Positions 1-6,845 of a DNA stretch of 28,109 nucleotides are shown here, piece by piece. The notes under the pieces were generated by a model that had not been told where the DNA came from, made no database searches, and was given only the letters and a program-made list of their open reading frames with translations. Made by a program: the position numbers and the translations under genes. This DNA is from an uncultured Methanosarcinales archaeon (GTDB lineage Archaea; Nanobdellota; Nanobdellia; Woesearchaeales; GW2011-AR4), in assembly GCA_964359525.1 (NCBI GenBank), contig CAYHTH010000001.1, forward strand, positions 1 to 28,109, written 5' to 3'. The number at the start of each line of letters is the position of its first letter. Position 1 is the stretch's first letter.

Positions 1-57
1 CAAGCCGGATTCAAGTCAATAGAAAAAGTTCATTACGGTTTGAAGGCAGTAAAATAA
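1..57 (+). CDS. 3' end of a gene truncated by the window edge (QAGFKSIEKVHYGLKAVK*), product unknown
   Basis: Frame 1 is open from base 1 to TAA at 55-57 and converges on the PIN gene. Too short to assign a family. Confidence 0.35.
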   Translation, partial: QAGFKSIEKVHYGLKAVK

Positions 58-65
58 TATTTTTA

Positions 66-464
66 TTATTGAATTTTGATCAAATCTTCAGTAGAAAAAA
101 CTTGGATCATCTTCTGTTTTTCTTTTAAATCTCTGTCATTGCTCCACAAGCTGCATCTCAATTTCAAAGCAAGAGCCAAATAAACAGCATCTTTTTTATC
201 CGGAGAAATCTTTTCTGCTTTTTCCATGAAAGGAGTGATTTCCTCCTTTGGGACTAGTATGACATTCCTCTCAAATAAATCAAAAAGCTCATTAAAATTT
301 TCCTCAGTTCTTTTGGTCTTGCCTTCAAGGTAATATTTGTATTTCCCAAACTCTTCAAAAATAAACTCAGGAGCATAAAGTGTGTGCTTAAATATAATAT
401 TAGATGTTCCGCTGTCTTTTAGCAAAGCTGCAAAAAGAATATTCGAGTCAATCACCAATTCCAT
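66..464 (-). CDS. PIN-domain ribonuclease, VapC-like toxin
   Basis: VIDSNILFAAL N-terminal motif, PDKKDAVYLALA and WSNDRDL acidic PIN motifs; 132 aa; directly downstream of a small antitoxin-like gene. Confidence 0.9.
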   Translation of the reverse strand: MELVIDSNILFAALLKDSGTSNIIFKHTLYAPEFIFEEFGKYKYYLEGKTKRTEENFNELFDLFERNVILVPKEEITPFMEKAEKISPDKKDAVYLALALKLRCSLWSNDRDLKEKQKMIQVFSTEDLIKIQ

Positions 465-466
465 GC

Positions 467-691
467 TCAGGCCCTTTTGTATCTTTTAGCCAGATTCCTG
501 TTCAGCTCCCTCCCTAACCTTAAGGCATCCTCCTCTGTCAATGTGCTGTTAGAAGTAAATTTTTTTAAGAACTCCAAATCATTTATTCTCTGCATAAATG
601 CCTGCCTGGCTACTTCAGACCAGTTCATCTCCGGAAAATTTTCCATCTTATTCTTCAGTTCAGATGGTATAGCTAAAGTCATGGTTGTCAT
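467..691 (-). CDS. Ribbon-helix-helix (CopG-like) antitoxin
   Basis: MTTMTLAIPSELKNKMENFPEMNWSEVARQAF fits an RHH strand-helix-helix pattern; ends 2 nt before the PIN start; GGAGG lies upstream of ATG at 691 (the ORF track uses TTG at 706). Confidence 0.8.
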   Translation of the reverse strand: MTTMTLAIPSELKNKMENFPEMNWSEVARQAFMQRINDLEFLKKFTSNSTLTEEDALRLGRELNRNLAKRYKRA

Positions 692-707
692 AATCTCTGC
701 CTCCAAT

Positions 708-735
708 TATGTGTAAATATGTGTAATATGTTTAA
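708..735. promoter_or_regulatory. Three tandem direct repeats in the toxin-antitoxin promoter, probable operator
   Basis: TATGTGTAA at 708-716 and 718-726, TATGTTTAA at 727-735, lying between a minus-strand TATA-like element (~736-745) and the antitoxin start. Confidence 0.6.
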
Positions 736-869
736 ATATATAAAACTTACGATTTTAGTTTAACCTAATTCCTTGGGCTTTCATCCCCTCTGAATTAATT
801 TATACAAATTTGACTTAAAGTGCCAGTCATACTGTAATCTTTATAAACAATTAATATTTCTATACTACT

Positions 870-1970
870 ATGTCACTAACAGAAGCGCAGAGATTTCACT
901 TAAAGAAATTCATAAAGGAGCTTGAAAACTATAGGGGTAGGCATACAGAATTAGTTAGTGTTTACGTCCCTCAGGATTATGACCTGAACAAGATAATCAA
1001 CCACCTTGCGCAGGAGCAGGGAACTGCATCCAACATTAAATCTTCAGCGACAAGAAAAAATGTTACAGATGCTCTTGAAAGGATGATTCAGCATCTCAAA
1101 CTGTTCAAGAGAAACCCGCCAAATGGGTTGTGCGTTTTCTCCGGCAATGTTGCTGAGCGTGAAGGCCAGCACAATTTCAAAGTCTGGAGCATTGAGCCGC
1201 CAATTCCATTGAAGACCAGAATTTACCGATGCGACAAGGAATTTGTTTTGGATATTCTAAGAGATATGCTCGATGTAAAGGAAGTTTATGGATTGGTTGT
1301 GATGGACAGGCGGGATGCAAATATTGCATTATTGAAAGGCAAAAGCATCATTCCGCTTGTCAAGACACATTCTGAAGTTCCGGGAAAGTTTAAGGCAGGG
1401 GGACAAAGTGCAATGAGATTTAGCCGCATAATTGAAGGCGCTGCAAAGGACCATTACAAGAAAGTTGCGGAATATATGAAGGAAGCTTTCCTGGGCATGC
1501 CGGGACTAAAAGGAATAATTGTCGGCGGCCCGGGCCCTACAAAGTATGATTTGGTTGAAGGAGGCTACATAACAAACGAAGTGAAGAAAAAAATAATTGC
1601 AATCAAAGATTTGGGATACACCGGAGAATTTGGGCTGGAAGAGCTGCTTGAAAAATCCCAGGATGTCCTTGCCGCAGAAGATGTAATGGAAGAAAAGAAA
1701 ATTGTCAACAGATTCCTGGAAATGCTTGCCACAAAGCAGAAAATGGTTGCCTATGGGGAGACAGATGTCATGAACAAGATAAAAATGGGCGTAGCCGATA
1801 AAGTCTTGCTTTCGGAAGATTTATCAGATGAAAAAATTGAGGAATTTGAAGCTGCTGCAAAGCCAGTTGGAACAGAAATAATAATAATTTCAACCCAGAC
1901 AAGAGAAGGCGCCCAGCTTCGTGATTTGGGGAAAGCTGCTGCTATTTTAAGGTATGAAGTGCATACGTAA
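870..1970 (+). CDS. prf1: Archaeal peptide chain release factor aRF1
   Basis: NIKS, YRCDKEF (YxCxxxF) and GGQS motifs all present. Confidence 0.97.
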   Translation: MSLTEAQRFHLKKFIKELENYRGRHTELVSVYVPQDYDLNKIINHLAQEQGTASNIKSSATRKNVTDALERMIQHLKLFKRNPPNGLCVFSGNVAEREGQHNFKVWSIEPPIPLKTRIYRCDKEFVLDILRDMLDVKEVYGLVVMDRRDANIALLKGKSIIPLVKTHSEVPGKFKAGGQSAMRFSRIIEGAAKDHYKKVAEYMKEAFLGMPGLKGIIVGGPGPTKYDLVEGGYITNEVKKKIIAIKDLGYTGEFGLEELLEKSQDVLAAEDVMEEKKIVNRFLEMLATKQKMVAYGETDVMNKIKMGVADKVLLSEDLSDEKIEEFEAAAKPVGTEIIIISTQTREGAQLRDLGKAAAILRYEVHT

Positions 1971-2031
1971 ATTAATTCTTCCCCTTATTGAAATCAAAAC
2001 CTTTTTTAATACCATCATCCTGATTTTTCTC

Positions 2032-2700
2032 ATGAACATTGCAGAAATGGCTTATGTTGAATTGTACCCGGGAAAAGGCATTGATTATAAGATTTCTGTA
2101 AGGTATTCACGAAAATTCAAGCCTTACAATGCAAACGTCAGAAGGCATGGAAATAATTTAACATTTCATTTAAGCAGGGACTGGAAAAAGATAAGCAGCG
2201 AAATCCAGACTGGGTTAATACAGGAATTATTAACCAAAATATTAAAAGACAAAAAGAAAACAATGAATATGGAGTTATACACATTGTTCATGAAAAATGT
2301 TCATGTTGCCGTGCCGAAAACAAAAACAGATGATATTCTTGAAGCTTCTTTTGACAGGGTTAATGAAAACTATCTAAACGGAATGATTGACAAGCCGAAC
2401 TTGCAGTGGGGAAACGATTCGACAAGCAAACTTGGCTGCTATGAATACGGCTCAGATGCGATAACAATAAGCACAATCTTTAAGGACGCCAGTCAGGAGC
2501 TTCTTGATTATGTAATGTACCATGAAATGCTTCACAAAAAGTTCAAGTTTGAAAACAAAAACGGAAGAACTCTTCATCATTCCCCGGAATTCAAGAGAAT
2601 GGAAGCAAAATTCCAGAATCGTGGCATGATTGAAAAACAAATCTCAATGCTGGCAAGAAAGCATCGTTTTAGCTTAAAGAGAGCCATCCTGTCCTTCTGA
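2032..2700 (+). CDS. SprT/YgjP-like zinc metalloprotease-domain protein
   Basis: HEMLH (HExxH) followed by HHSPEF. Start moved to ATG 2032 because the ORF-track start at 1954 overlaps aRF1. Confidence 0.8.
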   Translation: MNIAEMAYVELYPGKGIDYKISVRYSRKFKPYNANVRRHGNNLTFHLSRDWKKISSEIQTGLIQELLTKILKDKKKTMNMELYTLFMKNVHVAVPKTKTDDILEASFDRVNENYLNGMIDKPNLQWGNDSTSKLGCYEYGSDAITISTIFKDASQELLDYVMYHEMLHKKFKFENKNGRTLHHSPEFKRMEAKFQNRGMIEKQISMLARKHRFSLKRAILSF

Positions 2701-2748
2701 TGAAAAAGTTTAAATAGAATAGTCCTGATTACCGATAAAGATATCAAA

Positions 2749-2958
2749 ATGACTGACAAACTGCTCCCATTGGCTGCGATGGAAAAGATTCTGAAGCAAG
2801 GCGGCGCAGAAAGGGTTTCTGACAAAGCCAAAGTCGCTTTGAAAAACGCAATCGAAGAAATTGCAAATGATATTTCTGTAAAAGCAATCCAGTTCGCGCA
2901 CCACGCAGGCAGAAAAACAATAAAGCCGGAAGATATTAAGCTGGCTGTGAAGGAATAG
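2749..2958 (+). CDS. Archaeal histone (HMf family)
   Basis: LPLAAMEKILK, AERVS, AHHAGRKTIKPEDIKLA histone-fold signature; 69 aa. Confidence 0.96.
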   Translation: MTDKLLPLAAMEKILKQGGAERVSDKAKVALKNAIEEIANDISVKAIQFAHHAGRKTIKPEDIKLAVKE

Positions 2959-2996
2959 ATTGAAAGTTTAAGTTCGTGATATTTCTACTTATTTAA

Positions 2997-3250
2997 TGGT
3001 GGCAAACACGCATTTTCTTGGTGAAAATGCTATTCGCAAAACAAAAATCAGAACTTCGTAACTGATTTTTGTTCTGCACTCAATTTGCCACCACGAAATC
3101 CTAACAACGTGGATGAAAACTGAGTGCAGAGGATTTTTCCTTACGAAGTCGGGAAAAATCCTTTGCGAATAGGGTTTTGACAGACAAAACCCGTGTTTGA
3201 ATCCAATACTGTTGGAATTTATTTTGAATTCAAAAATACAATCAAAACAT
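2997..3250. ncRNA. Highly structured intergenic element, candidate ncRNA or ssDNA-folding mobile element of unassigned family
   Basis: Perfect complementary pairs: 3003-3010/3192-3199, 3011-3017/3023-3029, 3030-3040/3162-3172, 3041-3051/3062-3072, 3073-3082/3121-3130, 3131-3140/3152-3161, 3173-3179/3185-3191; loop-loop 3053-3061/3141-3149; pseudoknot 2997-3006/3084-3093. The structure is certain; its nature is not. Confidence 0.6.
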
Positions 3251-3331
3251 ATTCTTTAAGCACAATCTTTATAAATCACTCAATTAAACCAAACCTAAAT
3301 TCGAAAACAAAAAAGTTCAGGTGACAATTAA

Positions 3332-3730
3332 ATGGCAGATACAAAGATGGTTGGTGCCAATCAGATTCTGAAAGGCAATTTTATACTCATGGGCGGCGTT
3401 GCATGCAAGGTTGTTGATGTTGAAATTTCAAAGCCCGGAAAGCACGGTCACTCCAAAGTCAGGATATCGGCAATGGGATTGGTTGACGAAAAGAAGCGAA
3501 TCGAGGTAATGCCAGGCCATGACAATGTTGAAATTCCTATAATTGAAAAAAGAAACGCCCAGGTCCTCTCCGTTCAGGGCGACATGGCAAATGTCATGGA
3601 CTCGGAAAATTACGAGACATTTGACATAAAGATTCCGGAAGAATTCAAAGGGCAGGTTAAGGACGGAATGTCCGTGATGTACTGGGTTATAATGAGCGAA
3701 CGAGTGATAAAACAGGTAAGAAGTGAGTAA
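3332..3730 (+). CDS. eif5a: Translation factor aIF5A
   Basis: SKPGKHGHSK hypusination motif; AGGTGA ribosome-binding site upstream; TTTATAAA at 3268-3275. Confidence 0.97.
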   Translation: MADTKMVGANQILKGNFILMGGVACKVVDVEISKPGKHGHSKVRISAMGLVDEKKRIEVMPGHDNVEIPIIEKRNAQVLSVQGDMANVMDSENYETFDIKIPEEFKGQVKDGMSVMYWVIMSERVIKQVRSE

Positions 3731-3733
3731 AGA

Positions 3734-3895
3734 ATGGTAAAATTCCCGGAAGCTGAAGTGAGGAAGTTCAGAAATGTTTTTGTCTGCAGGAAATGCAAGA
3801 CTAAGATAAAATCCCCGAACATGAAGATTATACAGGGCAAAGTAAGCTGCAGAAGGTGCGGCAGCAGGATGTTCAAAGCCGTCAGGAAGAAGTAA
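3734..3895 (+). CDS. rpl40e: 50S ribosomal protein L40e (absent from the ORF track)
   Basis: Hand translation MVKFPEAEVRKFRNVFVCRKCKTKIKSPNMKIIQGKVSCRRCGSRMFKAVRKK (53 aa) with CRKC...CRRC zinc ribbon, 3 nt after eif5a. Confidence 0.9.
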   Translation: MVKFPEAEVRKFRNVFVCRKCKTKIKSPNMKIIQGKVSCRRCGSRMFKAVRKK

Positions 3896-3959
3896 ACAAT
3901 GAAATTTTATTTATTATTATTCTGATTTAAGTTTTAAATGCTAGATTAACGAGGACACA

Positions 3960-5162
3960 ATGCTTGATTTCCAGACAATTGCTGCAATAGTTTTTGTGTT
4001 GATTCTGAGCCTTATTCTTTACTTAAACAGGAAAAAACTGGATACTAATTTTCTTGTTCCTTACCTTATTTATTTTTCAATGTACAAGACAAAGCTTGGG
4101 CTAAATCTAATGGATTCCCTTTCAAAAAAATTCAGAAAAACTACAGTTTACCTCGGTTATTTCGGAATTTTTATAGGATTCTTGGGAATGATTGCAATAA
4201 GCTATGGATTAATCAGCAACATTTTTGCATTCATCACAAAACCCGAAGCAGCCCCCGGCGTTGGACTGGTGCTCCCTATTCAGGGAAAAGGAATTTTTTA
4301 TGTCCCGTTTTTCTACTGGATTATTTCGATTTTTGTTATTGCCGTTGTGCATGAATTTTCACATGGATGGGTTGCACGCGCCCATAATATAAAAGTTAAA
4401 TCGAGCGGGTTTGCTTTTCTTGGAATAATAATTCCAATCATTCCTGCCGCTTTCGTCGAGCCTGACGAAAAAGCACTGAGAAAAAGACCGCACTCGCAGC
4501 AGTTAAGCGTTTTTGCGGCAGGCCCTTTGGCAAACATAATCACTGCATTTATTTTTCTGTTGCTTGCGATGTTTATACTGACCCCGATAATAACAGCAGC
4601 TATTGAGCCAAACGGCGTTAAAGTAACTGATTTTGTAAAAGGAAATGCAACTTATCCGGCAGAAAGCGCCGGAATAAAAATCGGGGAAACAATTCAGCAG
4701 ATTGGCAGCACCCAAACTCCTTATGTTGAAAATTTATCCCAAATTCTTCACAGCAAAAAGCCTGGAGAGGTTGTAACATTAAAAACCGACAAATCCTCTT
4801 ATCAGGTTAAACTGGCAAAAAACCCGGAAAATGAAAGTTCCGCTTACATCGGCGCTTATCTTGAGCAAAGCACGAAAATAAAAGACAGCGTTAAATCAAG
4901 ATATGGGGAATTTCTGCCGAATGCAGGACTCTGGTTTTATGGTTTGTTCATCACGCTGTTCATCTTAAATCTAGGAATCGGCTTATTCAACCTGGTTCCT
5001 CTCGGCCCATTGGACGGCGGCAGAATGCTGCAGCTCCCATTGCAAAGATTTTTCGGCAGGGATAAAGGAAAAAAGGTCTGGGTTTATATTGGATTAATAT
5101 TTTTGGTTGTAATTATAATAAATATAGGCGCAGGCTTTGGGCTGTTTAATTTCCTAAAATAA
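3960..5162 (+). CDS. Site-2 (M50) intramembrane metalloprotease with PDZ domain
   Basis: HEFSH, FAAGPLAN, NLVPLGPLDGG; multiple hydrophobic segments; central PDZ-like region. Confidence 0.95.
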   Translation: MLDFQTIAAIVFVLILSLILYLNRKKLDTNFLVPYLIYFSMYKTKLGLNLMDSLSKKFRKTTVYLGYFGIFIGFLGMIAISYGLISNIFAFITKPEAAPGVGLVLPIQGKGIFYVPFFYWIISIFVIAVVHEFSHGWVARAHNIKVKSSGFAFLGIIIPIIPAAFVEPDEKALRKRPHSQQLSVFAAGPLANIITAFIFLLLAMFILTPIITAAIEPNGVKVTDFVKGNATYPAESAGIKIGETIQQIGSTQTPYVENLSQILHSKKPGEVVTLKTDKSSYQVKLAKNPENESSAYIGAYLEQSTKIKDSVKSRYGEFLPNAGLWFYGLFITLFILNLGIGLFNLVPLGPLDGGRMLQLPLQRFFGRDKGKKVWVYIGLIFLVVIIINIGAGFGLFNFLK

Positions 5163-5178
5163 TTTAGAAAATCAAAAT

Positions 5179-5508
5179 CTAAGAAGTCTTGGCTTTTTCC
5201 TTGTTGTCAACATACTCTTTAACCCTATCATTGCCTGTTGGCTTTGCATTTGGGCCAAGAGCGTAGTATATTTTCTCAGCTTCACCGCCCCATGAATAGT
5301 CTCCTTTTTCTTTCTCAATCTTGTTGATTATGAATTCTCCAAGGTCAAGCCCTTTCTTTAAATGGTAATAAATGCTCCTCAGGGTAACCTTTGGAAATAT
5401 TGAAACATAGACTTTATAGATCTCGTAGCCATATCCTTTCTGTATAAAATGCAGTATCTCGACGATATTCTGCCTTATTTCCGATTTGACTGGCCTTCCT
5501 TTCTTCAT
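5179..5508 (-). CDS. Winged-helix (PadR-like) hypothetical protein
   Basis: GYGYEIYK...LRSIYYHLKKG...KIYYALG pattern resembles PadR-type winged HTH; 109 aa. Confidence 0.65.
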   Translation of the reverse strand: MKKGRPVKSEIRQNIVEILHFIQKGYGYEIYKVYVSIFPKVTLRSIYYHLKKGLDLGEFIINKIEKEKGDYSWGGEAEKIYYALGPNAKPTGNDRVKEYVDNKEKAKTS

Positions 5509-5591
5509 GGAAATGGTAATGTTTTACTCATTTATATAATTTTGGTTTCCATATAGAAAATAAATGGATAAAACACCCAAATGACGAATAG

Positions 5592-5685
5592 ATAGAGAAA
5601 GACAAAAGCATTGATTCAAATTGTTTTGTCTTTCTAATCTTAGTAGCTGAATATTATAATCAATTACTTTTGTCAGCTACTAAGA
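5592..5685. repeat. Tandem-hairpin element, copy 1
   Basis: AGAAAGACAAAA 5596-5607 / TTTTGTCTTTCT 5624-5635 (12 bp, 16-nt loop), then TCTTAGTAGCTGA 5638-5650 / TCAGCTACTAAGA 5673-5685 (13 bp, 22-nt loop); starts with ATAG. Confidence 0.85.
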
Positions 5686-5725
5686 ATTGGATAAGTTTAT
5701 TATTGCCCGATAAGTCTTGCATCTT

Positions 5726-6844
5726 ATGAAATGTATTTTCTTATTATCCGGAGATTATATTGATCTAGGCGCAGAAGAAGTTCTTAGCTTATTGGATATT
5801 AAAAATTATAAATTAAAAAACAGATTATTGATTTTGGAATTAAATGATAAAAAATCCATAGATAAAGCATCAAAAAGGCTGGCTTTGACAAAGAATATTT
5901 ACAGGTTTTTGTTTGAATGCGGGATTGATGATTTAATTAATGTAATGGAAAAATTTGACTGGAATTCAACCTACAAAGATAATTTCTGCTTAAGAAAATT
6001 TAATCTGGATAATGATGAAATTACAATTAAAAAGTTCATTAATAAAAAAAATAATAAAAAATTAATTAATAAAATCATTGAATATAATAATAAAAAACTT
6101 GATGAGAAAAATCTTGCAGGATATATATGGCGTTCATTGGATAATCCTAAAGTAAATCTTGAAAATCCGAAAACTGAAATAAGTTTATTTTTCTTAAAGG
6201 GCAAAGTTTATTGCGGATTAATGATTAAAAAAATAGGCTACGATTTTGATTCAAGGAAATCGCATCTAAGGCCGTTTCCGCATCCAAGCTCACTGCATCC
6301 AAAAGTAGCAAGAGCACTGGTAAATTTAAGTGAAATTAAAGAAAAAGAAATTCTGCTGGACCCATTCTGCGGAACCGGCGGTTTTTTGATTGAAGCAGGA
6401 CTAATGAATATCAGGTCAATTGGTTACGACATAAATAAAATAATGATTGACGGCTGCATTGAAAATCTGAAATATTTTAAAATTAACAATGCCAAAATAA
6501 AAAAGAAAAATGCCGTAAATATTGGTGATAAGTTTAATTGTGCTGTTACAGATTTGCCTTATGGATTAAATTCAACTGCAATGACCGATTATGAAGAAGA
6601 AAACTGGAAAAAATACAGATTGAGCCTAAAAATACAGAAAAAAGATTTTTATAAAAATCTGGAAAAATTCTATTTATTATTTTTGAAAAATCTAAGAAAG
6701 AAATTGAAGAAAAAAGCCGTAATTGTTTTTCCGAGCTATGTGGATTACAGAAAATTGTTAAAAATTTCAAAATTTACAGTTGAAAAGGAATTCTCTGATT
6801 ATGTTCATCGCAGTTTGACCAGAAAGATTGTGAAGATGTTTTAA
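5726..6844 (+). CDS. THUMP-domain SAM-dependent methyltransferase, Trm11/TrmG10-like tRNA m2G10 methyltransferase
   Basis: RPFPHPSSLHPKVARALVNL, LLDPFCGTGGFLIEA, TDLPYG and HRSLTR motifs. ATG 5726 preferred over TTG 5717. Confidence 0.85.
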   Translation: MKCIFLLSGDYIDLGAEEVLSLLDIKNYKLKNRLLILELNDKKSIDKASKRLALTKNIYRFLFECGIDDLINVMEKFDWNSTYKDNFCLRKFNLDNDEITIKKFINKKNNKKLINKIIEYNNKKLDEKNLAGYIWRSLDNPKVNLENPKTEISLFFLKGKVYCGLMIKKIGYDFDSRKSHLRPFPHPSSLHPKVARALVNLSEIKEKEILLDPFCGTGGFLIEAGLMNIRSIGYDINKIMIDGCIENLKYFKINNAKIKKKNAVNIGDKFNCAVTDLPYGLNSTAMTDYEEENWKKYRLSLKIQKKDFYKNLEKFYLLFLKNLRKKLKKKAVIVFPSYVDYRKLLKISKFTVEKEFSDYVHRSLTRKIVKMF

Positions 6845-6845
6845 A

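Noticed and set aside
2996-3061. 21-codon ORF MVANTHFLGENAIRKTKIRTS at the start of the structured element
   Set aside because: Very short, no recognisable features, and fully explained by the base-pairing constraints; cannot be excluded as a leader peptide.
2997-3250. Identification of the structured element as RNase P RNA, SRP RNA, a tRNA or a CRISPR array
   Set aside because: No GAGGAAAGUCC-type RNase P core, no SRP helix-8 motif, no T-loop/anticodon cloverleaf and no repeat-spacer periodicity on either strand.
6643-6660. Perfect 18-bp palindrome AGATTTTTATAAAAATCT
   Set aside because: AT-rich, inside coding sequence and isolated; about one such palindrome is plausible by chance in 28 kb of this composition.
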